64,000 nt of DNA from Patescibacteria group bacterium (GCA_018897195.1 JAHILH010000005.1:745-64744); one strand, 5' to 3'; counted from the first letter of the stretch, positions 17,768 through 26,761 are shown. Translations and numbers: made by a program. The notes: a model not told the origin generated them from the sequence alone.

Positions 17768-18634
17768 ATGAAAAATGCAAACGAAAGCGTAGCAGTAGTT
17801 GCACGATCATTTCAGAAAGGAAAAACCGCGGAAACGGTTGACATGGTTTCATTTCGGAAACATGTCGACGCCTTCAGGGGCGTTCTCAACTGTTCCAATG
17901 TCGATCGCCTGGTCGTAGTCACCTGCGGCGAAGGGAAATTTTCGGAAATCCCTGACGCCGACGGTCTCTACCCCACCGTCAAACACCTCACGGAAGCTTT
18001 TCCGGAGGAAGTCAAATCCGGTCGTCTGATCGTTCACGTTTGTATGAACTGGGGCAACAACCCCGGCAGCGGCGAAGCGCTCAATGACGGCCTCAAGATT
18101 GCTGAAAAGCACGGCGCGAAATATGTCCTGAATTGGTCCCCGGAGATGGAATGCAGCCAGGATCTGATCAGCGAAGCGATTGCCTATGCCGAAAAGAAAG
18201 GCCTGGTGGTCGTTGGTGGCCTGCGCCAGAACTGGTGGGAAAAACCGCAATGGAAAGTCCCGCAGAACACCCTCGCCCTGTGGCGCGTCGATGTCCTTTG
18301 CAGAATCGGTGGCTTTGCCCCAGAATGCAACGGCACCGGCGAAACGGTCGAAACTGCTGAGTTTGGCGCCGTTCCCTTGGCTGGCATGGAAGACTTCCAC
18401 GCCCTCCTGCGCATCGTACGCGACGAGCCCAATTTCAACTGGGGCATGATCAAGAAAGATCCGCCCCTCAGATGGGACACGAACTTCGAGCCTGGCTCGG
18501 AACGTGAGCAGAACCACCTGAAGAAGGTCGCCCGGCAGTATATCGTCATGAAGCGATACGCTGAAATGGTTTTTCCCAACATTGCCTTTGGCGATGTCAT
18601 GGATAAACTGTTTGCGAAGATGCATCTCGCGTAA
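17768..18634 (+). CDS. GT-A-fold-like protein, GC-rich copy (probable horizontal acquisition)
   Basis: 288-aa ORF with GGAGAAG upstream. G+C is 50-63% in hand-counted lines. Long shadow ORFs on the opposite strand are typical of GC-rich coding DNA. Confidence 0.7.
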   Translation: MKNANESVAVVARSFQKGKTAETVDMVSFRKHVDAFRGVLNCSNVDRLVVVTCGEGKFSEIPDADGLYPTVKHLTEAFPEEVKSGRLIVHVCMNWGNNPGSGEALNDGLKIAEKHGAKYVLNWSPEMECSQDLISEAIAYAEKKGLVVVGGLRQNWWEKPQWKVPQNTLALWRVDVLCRIGGFAPECNGTGETVETAEFGAVPLAGMEDFHALLRIVRDEPNFNWGMIKKDPPLRWDTNFEPGSEREQNHLKKVARQYIVMKRYAEMVFPNIAFGDVMDKLFAKMHLA

Positions 18635-18650
18635 CGAGCAACGAACACCT

Positions 18651-18700
18651 TAAGCCACACTCTATAGCAAAAACTATAAAGTGTGGCTTATTTTATTTTC
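18651..18700 (+). terminator. intrinsic terminator
   Basis: TAAGCCACACT...AGTGTGGCTTA extended hairpin followed by TTTTATTTT. Confidence 0.75.
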
Positions 18701-18757
18701 AATTATTATTAATTTATGTTATAATATAATCAAATAAGTTTTCCACAATTATAAAAA

Positions 18758-19729
18758 ATGTCCAACTATCAAAAGATCTCAAAAAATATACATGAAGTTA
18801 CCATTGATAACCCCAACACTGTTGGTGGTGAATTGACTTGGTTAAATATTACCGATCCAGGCAAAGCTGAGATTCAATTTTTACGCCAAAGTAAAAAACA
18901 CAACTTCTCACTCGCCCATCTTCAAGCTTCCTCCACTAAGGCAACGGCGCAAAGACCTTTGGTGGAAAAAGGTAGCGACTATCTCTTTCTCATTCTCCAT
19001 TTTCCCGTCATGCGCAATGGTTCGATTTTTTCAACTGAGATTGAATTTTTTATTGGCAAAGATTATGTTGTTACCCTTCATGAAAATATCAAAGTTCTAA
19101 ATGATTTTTTCAGCATTTGCAAAAAAGACGGCGAACGCTTACTGTCAACCAAGCACGAATCAACGGCTGTTTTGCTTTACGAAATATTAGAAAGATTAAT
19201 GGTTGATACTTATCAAGTCTTAGACAAGATGAATATCTCCATTAACAACGTTGAGAAATTAATCTTTGAACAAGAAACTAAAAAAGCCGTTTCTGATATT
19301 TTATTTTTACGACGAAATATTATTAGCACCCGTCGCATTATGCAAAGCCACAAGAATATTATCAAAAAATTAACCCAACCAGAAACTGACTTAGTTGAAG
19401 ACGCAGAGGTTCGTAAATATTATTTTACCTTATTAGAATTATCCAAAAGAATTTGGGAATCCCTAGAAAACCAGAAAGAAATGATTGAAGTCTTGAACAG
19501 TACTAATGAGTCGTTAATGAATTACAACATGAATGATATTATGAAAACACTGACAATAATCTCCGTAATTGTCTTTCCGCTCACCCTCTTTGCCGCTATA
19601 TTCAGCATGAAAGTTGAAAACGGCATGCCCTTTCTTACTACACCGTATGGTTTTTGGTTTATCATCGGCTTAATGGTTATTGGAGGCCTATCAATGCTTC
19701 TATTTTTCAAAAAGAAAAAGTGGTTATAA
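18758..19729 (+). CDS. corA: CorA-family divalent cation channel with non-canonical SMK in place of GMN
   Basis: C-terminal two-TM architecture ending FFKKKKWL. FPLTLFAAIFSMKVENGMPF aligns with the canonical PLTFIAGIYGMNFEYMPE. Confidence 0.75.
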   Translation: MSNYQKISKNIHEVTIDNPNTVGGELTWLNITDPGKAEIQFLRQSKKHNFSLAHLQASSTKATAQRPLVEKGSDYLFLILHFPVMRNGSIFSTEIEFFIGKDYVVTLHENIKVLNDFFSICKKDGERLLSTKHESTAVLLYEILERLMVDTYQVLDKMNISINNVEKLIFEQETKKAVSDILFLRRNIISTRRIMQSHKNIIKKLTQPETDLVEDAEVRKYYFTLLELSKRIWESLENQKEMIEVLNSTNESLMNYNMNDIMKTLTIISVIVFPLTLFAAIFSMKVENGMPFLTTPYGFWFIIGLMVIGGLSMLLFFKKKKWL

Positions 19730-19763
19730 GTTAACTACAAAGACAAAATAAAAGAACGTTCAA

Positions 19764-20690
19764 TTATTGAACGTTCTTTTTGATTATATTCCTAATGTCT
19801 TCGATTGTTTCTACGCGCACAAACTCTTCACGTATCTTTCTAGCGCCCGGCAGGCCCTGCACATACCAGCACAAATGTTTCCGCATTTCTAATATCCCAG
19901 TCTTTCCTCTCAACTTAAACGCCGATTCGGCATGTTGTAAAGCAACATCAAAAACACTTGCCGGCAATTCACCACTTTTAATTTCACTAAAAATCCACGG
20001 CTTCCCAAACGCTCCCTGAGCAATCCCCAATCCATCTGCGCCAGACTTTATTAATAAATCTTGCGCACTTTGTAAATCCTTCACACCACCATTAGCAATA
20101 ATAATTCCGCCAAAATGATTCCGCGCTTGTCTAATAATTTCCGCATCCACTTCACCCACATGCATCTGCTTCAAATCCCGCCCATGAATCATTACCGCTT
20201 TCACGTCCAAATCCTTAATATTATCCAAGAATTGTAAAGCGTCCACGTCGCCGGCTTTTTTTCGAATCTTCACAGACACCGGCACGGTCGCCGTCTTCAC
20301 CACCACTTCCACCACCTTGCGTGATTGCACCAAATCCTTCGCCAATTCCGCCCCCGCATTCTGTTTCGCCACCTTTGGCACAGGACAGCCAAAATTAATA
20401 TCAATTCCATCCGGTTTAATTTCTTTTTCAATTATCCGCACCGCCTTTTCAAAATTCCCCTCCTCACTCCCAAACAACTGCACCACATAAGGCCGCTCCG
20501 ATTCCTCAAACCGCAACATCTCCAAAGTTTTCTCCGGCGCAAAACTAAGCGCATTTACCGATGCCATCTCACTATACACCACATCCGCACCATAAGCCTT
20601 GCACATCTGTCGAAAAGCCGAATCAGACACGCCCGCAATAGGAGCGAGACAGTAAAAAGGTTTATTCAGTTTTTGCCAGAAATTATTCAT
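19764..20690 (-). CDS. dus: tRNA-dihydrouridine synthase
   Basis: LAPIAGVSD, DINFGCP and a TIM-barrel Dus motif pattern. Confidence 0.88.
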   Translation of the reverse strand: MNNFWQKLNKPFYCLAPIAGVSDSAFRQMCKAYGADVVYSEMASVNALSFAPEKTLEMLRFEESERPYVVQLFGSEEGNFEKAVRIIEKEIKPDGIDINFGCPVPKVAKQNAGAELAKDLVQSRKVVEVVVKTATVPVSVKIRKKAGDVDALQFLDNIKDLDVKAVMIHGRDLKQMHVGEVDAEIIRQARNHFGGIIIANGGVKDLQSAQDLLIKSGADGLGIAQGAFGKPWIFSEIKSGELPASVFDVALQHAESAFKLRGKTGILEMRKHLCWYVQGLPGARKIREEFVRVETIEDIRNIIKKNVQ

Positions 20691-20693
20691 AAA

Positions 20694-21014
20694 TTATTTT
20701 TTAACAGATACCAAAATCCCAAAATCTTTTTCTAATTCAATCTGGCCAAGCTCACTCACATCTTTTAAAATAATCAGCGCATAATTGTGCCCTGCTTTCA
20801 AGTCCACACTTTGCAACGCCACGCGCACTTTTCTTTTATTCCGATTTCGAATCACCGCCAATTTAGAAATTTTCTTACTAACAATAATAGCGACCTTGGT
20901 GTCGCCATCTGTATTGGGCAAGAATTTTAACAATAAAAAATTACTCTTCCGGCCGCGACCGCGGGCGAAGAGTTCATCAAAGTCTTTCTTTCTTGTTAGT
21001 GATTGATATTTCAT
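20694..21014 (-). CDS. rnpA: ribonuclease P protein component
   Basis: 106 aa and basic. LTRKKDFDELFARGRG...LLKF is the pattern typical of RnpA. Confidence 0.7.
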   Translation of the reverse strand: MKYQSLTRKKDFDELFARGRGRKSNFLLLKFLPNTDGDTKVAIIVSKKISKLAVIRNRNKRKVRVALQSVDLKAGHNYALIILKDVSELGQIELEKDFGILVSVKK

Positions 21015-21604
21015 TATTTTTTATAGTCTTTTAAATTATCCAATATTTCCGGAAAAGCAAAATCGCCCGTCCCTTCACAGAGATGATTGCCTTGTTGCAA
21101 TAAATCGTCCTCTGGACTATCTGTATTTTTAATGACAATTATATCCGCGTTAAATTTTTCTTGCATAACAACCGCGCTCTTCAAAGGAATCAAGGGATCA
21201 TTATCTGATTGATAAATGATAAACTTCACGGCACTTTGTTTTACTTTTTCATAATCAAGCAGTGTATTCGTAAAACTTTCCACCTCAGGAATACCCAGTG
21301 ACTCAGAAAAACCAGCAACTAAAATCGCCACGGCCGCTTTTTGTCCGACTGGCACTTGCTCCAAAAATTTTAAAATCGCAATCACGCCCAAACTATGGCC
21401 GATGAAATAAGTATTTTCATCGACGACACCAACTAATTTATTCAAATACGCAATCCATTCGTCTTTGACTGGATGAGCCGTATTCGGCATCGCCGGCACA
21501 AAAACCTCAAAGCCAAGCTTGCTTGCTTCTAGTTTTAACCAAGGAAACCAATTACTATTTGGATCAGCTTCCCAACCATGGATTATAAATAGTCTTTTTG
21601 ACAT
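21014..21604 (-). CDS. alpha/beta hydrolase (YdeN/RBBP9-like serine hydrolase)
   Basis: IIHGW near the N-terminus and a GHSLG nucleophile elbow. Confidence 0.7.
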   Translation of the reverse strand: MSKRLFIIHGWEADPNSNWFPWLKLEASKLGFEVFVPAMPNTAHPVKDEWIAYLNKLVGVVDENTYFIGHSLGVIAILKFLEQVPVGQKAAVAILVAGFSESLGIPEVESFTNTLLDYEKVKQSAVKFIIYQSDNDPLIPLKSAVVMQEKFNADIIVIKNTDSPEDDLLQQGNHLCEGTGDFAFPEILDNLKDYKK

Positions 21605-21617
21605 AAGTTAATAGAAC

Positions 21618-24491
21618 TTATTTACCGCAGCATTTTTTATATTTCTTCCCTGATCCACAAGGACATAAATCATTGCGACCAACTTTGTTACCATCTTCAT
21701 CTTTTACCTTTTCATGAATCAAGTCAACTGTTTCGCGATGACCGGCACTGTCATCTTTTTTATATTCTGCAAAACTAGCTGAGTTATCGCTCATAGTTTT
21801 CTCGGGAGCGCTGAATTGCTTCGCCTGTTCAAGCAAACTTGGCGCTTTAATTTCTTGCGCTTGACCGCCGTGCATCATGCCAATCTTATAAATACTATAC
21901 ACCACTTCCTTATCAATCAAATTATTAAGTTGGTTATAAAGACCGAAGGCTTCTTTTTTATATTCAATCAAAGGATCACGTTGACCGTAACCACGTAGGC
22001 CGATGCCTTGGCGCACGCTCGCCACTGCTTCCAAATGCTCAATCCACATCATGTCAATCGCGCGAATCAAGATTGATTTCTCGATATCACTCCAATCAAC
22101 GCCCAAATCTTTGAGTCTCATTTGCAATTCATCATAAACATTCTTGGCCATTCCGTATAAATGCTCAATAATCTCTGTACGCGCTTTCGCTCGGTCGAAC
22201 TTATGATCACCTTCCAAAAATTTCTTTTGTAAATCATCTTTTAATCGTTCTCCAATCGGAAAAATTGTGGTCATCGTCTGATAAATCTCGGCCACATTCC
22301 AATCCTTGATTTCATCAGCTGCCGCATGAAAAGCCACCACCTGCTCAATTTCATTCTCCACCATTGTTAAAATAATATCACTCAAAGTCTTCTTTTCGCC
22401 CTCAACTTCCGTAGAGGATTCACTTAATTTATTTATTTCGGACAAAGTCAAAATCTCCAAACGCTTACGATAAATCGCTTCTCGGTGTTTATTAATCACA
22501 TCATCATAATCCACTAAATGCTTACGAATATCAAAGTTATTGCCTTCGACTTTTTTCTGAGCTGATTCAATAGATCTAGAAATTAGCTTATTCTCAATCG
22601 GCATATCTTCCGGCAATTTTAAACTAGTCATAATCGACTTCATTCGATCACCACCAAATATACGCATCAAGTCATCATCCATCGACACAAAGAATTGTGA
22701 TGAACCAGGATCACCTTGACGACCGGCACGACCACGAAGTTGATTATCAATACGACGTGACTCATGACGCTCAGTACCAATCACGTGCAAACCACCCAAT
22801 TCTTTCACCTTGCGGCTACTTTCCTGCCACTCGGCATATTCAGGACTGTCCTTTTCTGGTGCCACACCGCCAAGCATAATATCAACACCACGACCAGCCA
22901 TATTAGTGGCAATCGTAATGGTACCCAGCTTACCGGCATCAGCAATAAAGCGCGCTTCCTTATCATGATTCTTGGCATTCAAAACTTGTGGCCGTAAGCC
23001 CTCGCGCTCCATAAAATTTGCCAAGAGCTCATTCTTTGCAATTGAAATCGTACCCACTAAAACCGGTTGCCCTTTTTTATGCAATTCCTTTACCGCTTGT
23101 GTCACCGCCGCAAACTTACCCATCTCCGTCTTGTAAATTAAATCATTTTGGTCAATTCTCACATTCGGCTTATTCGTTGGAATTGACACCACCTCCAAAT
23201 TATAGATCTTATGAAACTCTTCAGCTTCTGTCGCCGCCGTACCAGTCATACCGGCTAATTTTTCGTATAATCTAAAATAATTTTGAAAGGTCACTGTTGC
23301 CAAAGTTTGCGATTCACGTTGAATCTTCACACTCTCTTTAGCTTCAATCGCTTGGTGCAAGCCCTCACTATAACGACGGCCATGCATCAATCGGCCGGTG
23401 AATTCGTCAACAATAACAACCTCACCATCTTTAACGATATAATCACGTTCGTTCAGGAATAATGCATGTGCTTTCAAAGCTTGTTCAATATGATGCACTT
23501 CACGAATGCCACCAATGGTATAAATATTCTCCACGCCCAACCATTTTTCCATTTTAGTAATACCAGCCTCAGACAATGTCGCCGCTTTCATTTTTTCATC
23601 AACGTTATAGTCTTCATTTTCTATTAATTGTTTTACCAGTTCAGAAAATTTATAATATTTATCAGTTGACTCTTCTGCTGGTGCAGAAATAATCAAAGGA
23701 GTACGCGCCTCATCAATCAAAATAGAATCAATTTCATCGACAATGGTATAATAAAAACCACGTTGCACCATCTGGTCCAAGCTCGATACCATATTATCTT
23801 TCAAGTAATCAAATCCGAATTCATTATTTGTTCCATAGACCACATCGCAGCGATACGCGTCTTGACGTGGCACCCGCTTGAAGTGTTTTAACTTCTCTTC
23901 CGTCTCAGCCTCATTAATATATTCCGGGTCATACTTCAAGGCACTCTCATGAATGATCACACCCGTTGTCATGCCCAAGGCTTCATAAATACGCGCGGTC
24001 AAACCAGCACCAACTTTAGACAAATAATCATTCACGGTAATCAACTGCACACTCTGTCCAGTCAAGGCATTCAAATACAAAGGCAAAGTCGCTACCAAGG
24101 TTTTACCCTCACCAGTCTTCATCTCTGCGATCTGCCCACGGTGCAAAATAATACCACCAACCATCTGCACATCATAATGCCTCTGCCCCACTGTTCGTCG
24201 CGCTGCCTCACGCACAGCTGCAAACGCCTCCGGCAACAATGCATTTAGCTTTTCTTGTAATTCCAGCTTAGACTTTTCATCCTTATTCTTCTCACTGGCT
24301 GCCTGCAATTGATAATTAGTAATTGGTATAATACCTAGTTCCGCGCGTAATTTTGCGGTTATACCCTGAAGCTCTTCAACACTCATAGCCTCATATTTCG
24401 CCTCTAAAGCATTAATTTGATCAACAATCGGTTGCAAGCTCTTAATTATTTTTAAATTTGGGTCTCCAAAAATTTTCGTAATAATAGACAT
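21618..24491 (-). CDS. secA: preprotein translocase ATPase SecA
   Basis: MKTGEGKT Walker A, DEVDSILIDEARTPLIIS, and a C-terminal zinc motif CPCGSGKKYKKCCG. Confidence 0.95.
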   Translation of the reverse strand: MSIITKIFGDPNLKIIKSLQPIVDQINALEAKYEAMSVEELQGITAKLRAELGIIPITNYQLQAASEKNKDEKSKLELQEKLNALLPEAFAAVREAARRTVGQRHYDVQMVGGIILHRGQIAEMKTGEGKTLVATLPLYLNALTGQSVQLITVNDYLSKVGAGLTARIYEALGMTTGVIIHESALKYDPEYINEAETEEKLKHFKRVPRQDAYRCDVVYGTNNEFGFDYLKDNMVSSLDQMVQRGFYYTIVDEIDSILIDEARTPLIISAPAEESTDKYYKFSELVKQLIENEDYNVDEKMKAATLSEAGITKMEKWLGVENIYTIGGIREVHHIEQALKAHALFLNERDYIVKDGEVVIVDEFTGRLMHGRRYSEGLHQAIEAKESVKIQRESQTLATVTFQNYFRLYEKLAGMTGTAATEAEEFHKIYNLEVVSIPTNKPNVRIDQNDLIYKTEMGKFAAVTQAVKELHKKGQPVLVGTISIAKNELLANFMEREGLRPQVLNAKNHDKEARFIADAGKLGTITIATNMAGRGVDIMLGGVAPEKDSPEYAEWQESSRKVKELGGLHVIGTERHESRRIDNQLRGRAGRQGDPGSSQFFVSMDDDLMRIFGGDRMKSIMTSLKLPEDMPIENKLISRSIESAQKKVEGNNFDIRKHLVDYDDVINKHREAIYRKRLEILTLSEINKLSESSTEVEGEKKTLSDIILTMVENEIEQVVAFHAAADEIKDWNVAEIYQTMTTIFPIGERLKDDLQKKFLEGDHKFDRAKARTEIIEHLYGMAKNVYDELQMRLKDLGVDWSDIEKSILIRAIDMMWIEHLEAVASVRQGIGLRGYGQRDPLIEYKKEAFGLYNQLNNLIDKEVVYSIYKIGMMHGGQAQEIKAPSLLEQAKQFSAPEKTMSDNSASFAEYKKDDSAGHRETVDLIHEKVKDEDGNKVGRNDLCPCGSGKKYKKCCGK

Positions 24492-24612
24492 AAATGCTCA
24501 AAAAAAAGCCCATACAATCACAGGACAAGTTTATAATAAATTTATTATTGAATAATATGCTTATTATAATAGCATTAGCTAGAAAAATCAAGATTATGTG
24601 AACCCTTCTCTA

Positions 24613-24641
24613 TTGACACATCGTTTTTTATTATATATATT
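24613..24641 (+). promoter_or_regulatory. sigma70-type promoter
   Basis: TTGACA (24613-24618), a 17-nt spacer, then TATATT (24636-24641). Confidence 0.5.
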
Positions 24642-24780
24642 GATATATTATTATAAGAACAGTAATAACGAATCATTTTTTTATTCCTTCCCCAAGCTTG
24701 GTATAAAAACATTATTTAACCTAATATTAGGAGAAATACGTCAACCAGCCATTTTTTTTATTGCAAAAAAACTTCGAATT

Positions 24781-25932
24781 ATGCTAACTCAAGACCAACA
24801 AATTTTTGAGCAGATCAAAAAATCTCAAAACATATTGATCACTTTCAATAAAACTTGGAGTGGCGACGCTGTTGCCTCTGCTCTTGCCTTTGGTATGGTT
24901 TTGAAAAAAATGGAGAAAAAGTTCGACATCATTGCCGAAAAACTCGAAAGATCAAATACTTTCAAATTCCTGCCTAATTATAATGACATCAAAGAAAATA
25001 TCGAAAATCTACGCAAGTTCATTATCTCCCTTGATACCACTAATTCTCGAATTGAAAAAATTAAATACAAAAAAGAGGAACACTCTATCGAATTCATCGT
25101 CTATCCCAGTGATGGTTTTTTCTCGCACGAAAATATTACTTCCCGCTCTGGTGAATTCAAATATGATTTAATCATCACCCTTGATACTCCAGACCTAGAA
25201 TCGTTGGGCAGAATCTATGACAAGGATACAGAATTTTTTTACCAAACCCCTATCATCAACATTGACCATCATTCCAATAATGAGGGTTATGGTCAAATCA
25301 ATAAAACTGAACTATCAAATATCTCCACTTCAGAAATTGTTTTCAACATCATCAATGACACTTACAAAGATTTAATTGACGAAAACATTGCGACCTGCAT
25401 TTTAGCCGGTATTATTTCTAAGACCAATAATTTTAAGACTCAGAACATCACACCACAGGTTTTAACTATTGCCTCTCAGCTTATTACCCTTGGGGCTAGA
25501 CGCGAGCAAATCGTCAGCAAGCTCTATCGCTCTCGCTCATTAAATATTCTCAAACTTTGGGGCCGAGTTCTGGCTCGATTATCAAGCGCAAACGACAACA
25601 AGTTGGTCTGGTCAGTTTTAACCAAACAAGACTTAATTAAAACCAGTACTAACGAAGATGAAATTCCCGAAGTTATCAATGAACTAATCACCAATATCCC
25701 ACAAGCAATGATTATTGTTATTCTTTACGAATCAGAACAAAATGACCAAGTTGTTACTAAGGCCATTATTCATACTATGAAAAATATTAATAGCCTCGAC
25801 TTAGTTAAAAAATATAGCCCTATCGGCACCAAGAGCTTCTCCAGAATTACTCTTGCGAAAAACCCTAAAGAAGCGGAAACAGAGATAATTGAAACTATTA
25901 AAGAAAATCTAGGCAAGATAATACAACAATAA
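24781..25932 (+). CDS. DHH-family phosphoesterase (NrnA-like)
   Basis: NIDHHSNN DHH motif and a DHHA1-like C-terminus. I prefer the ATG at 24781 because the track start at 24598 overlaps the promoter. Confidence 0.75.
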   Translation: MLTQDQQIFEQIKKSQNILITFNKTWSGDAVASALAFGMVLKKMEKKFDIIAEKLERSNTFKFLPNYNDIKENIENLRKFIISLDTTNSRIEKIKYKKEEHSIEFIVYPSDGFFSHENITSRSGEFKYDLIITLDTPDLESLGRIYDKDTEFFYQTPIINIDHHSNNEGYGQINKTELSNISTSEIVFNIINDTYKDLIDENIATCILAGIISKTNNFKTQNITPQVLTIASQLITLGARREQIVSKLYRSRSLNILKLWGRVLARLSSANDNKLVWSVLTKQDLIKTSTNEDEIPEVINELITNIPQAMIIVILYESEQNDQVVTKAIIHTMKNINSLDLVKKYSPIGTKSFSRITLAKNPKEAETEIIETIKENLGKIIQQ

Positions 25933-26016
25933 ATGTTGTCTTGAAATAAATACTTTTCAATGATATTATAATTAAAGAATGACTAAAAATTAGTCTTTTT
26001 TAATTTTACACAAAAT

Positions 26017-26090
26017 GCTCGCATAGCTCAGTTGGTTAGAGCACGGCTCTTATAAAGCCGGGGTCGACGGTTCAAGTCCATCTGCGAGCA
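26017..26090 (+). tRNA. tRNA-Ile (anticodon UAU)
   Basis: Acceptor GCTCGCA/TGCGAGC, D arm TAGCTCAGTTGGTTAGAGC, anticodon arm CGGCT-CTTATAA-AGCCG, T loop TTCAAGT. One C-A mismatch in the T stem. Confidence 0.8.
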
Positions 26091-26093
26091 CAT

Positions 26094-26124
26094 AAAAAAC
26101 AAAGTTCAGACTTTGTTTTTTTTT
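26094..26124 (+). terminator. intrinsic terminator after tRNA-Ile
   Basis: AAAAAACAAAGT / TCAG / ACTTTGTTTTTT. Confidence 0.7.
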
Positions 26125-26140
26125 ATTATCAATTTTTTCA

Positions 26141-26172
26141 AAAAAAACAGCGCATGGTTTTTCCCATGCGCT
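26141..26172 (-). terminator. intrinsic terminator for the ClpP-fold gene
   Basis: AGCGCATGG/CCATGCGCT hairpin followed by a T-run on the minus strand. Confidence 0.7.
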
Positions 26173-26195
26173 TTAAAACGACTAAAAAGACACTC

Positions 26196-26761
26196 TTAAT
26201 TGCCAAGTTCATCTTCTGACACAATTCGATGAGCCAGGCCATAATGAACCGCTTCACGAGCTGACAAGGTTGCCTCCGCCCGCATCAGACTTAAAAATGT
26301 TGACCGGGATATACCTGATTGTTCCGAAATGAATGCCAGCATCCAATTCTGAGCATTACGCATTCTAATGCGTTCCTCCTCAAGCCACTCGCGACGCAAA
26401 GACCTTAAACGCTCATTCTCCCAATCAATAGCTGCGTCTAAATCACAAATAGTTATTTCATGACCGTCATTGCTAATGGCTCTTACCTCATGAAAGAAAA
26501 AAACGCCATCAGGAAGAACTAAACGCTTTTTTCCCAACAAAAAAAGAATCACCGCCGCCGATCGAACATCACGACAAACTGAGGTAAAGCTGTGTTGCAA
26601 AAGAAATGGAGCCAAGGTTGAGAAAAATTCAAAACTTCCGCCAGGCGAATCAATCCATACCATTTGCCCCCCCCCCCTCTCTTCTTTTGCAACATTTTCA
26701 ATAGGCATTGAACCGAATCCAGGGAAACTTCACTTGAAAAACCAATGTTTTGACCATGCAT
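26196..26761 (-). pseudogene. ClpP-fold serine peptidase-like gene split by a frameshift in a G11 tract (pseudogene, phase-variable gene or homopolymer error)
   Basis: AAGGAGG precedes the ATG at 26761, which opens the ORF 26549..26761. The continuation in the 26196..26708 frame has IDSPGGS, RSAAV and FFHEV, matching ClpP-like motifs. The frames switch inside the C11 run at 26667-26677. Confidence 0.65.

Noticed and set aside
17849-18660. Long minus-strand ORFs (258 aa and 158 aa) and extra plus-strand ORFs (18133..18360, 18180..18449) overlapping the 17768..18634 gene.
   Set aside because: They are shadow ORFs typical of GC-rich coding DNA. They have no RBS, their translations are Arg/Pro/Ala-rich low-complexity sequence, and only the plus-frame 288-aa protein has a homolog-like pattern and an SD.
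24598-24780. N-terminal extensions offered by the ORF track: 24598 for the DHH gene, and likewise 51493, 29209, 17427, 31692 and 1106.
   Set aside because: The extensions overlap promoters or upstream genes and encode low-complexity sequence. Internal ATGs have better context (an SD, or a start just after the upstream stop).
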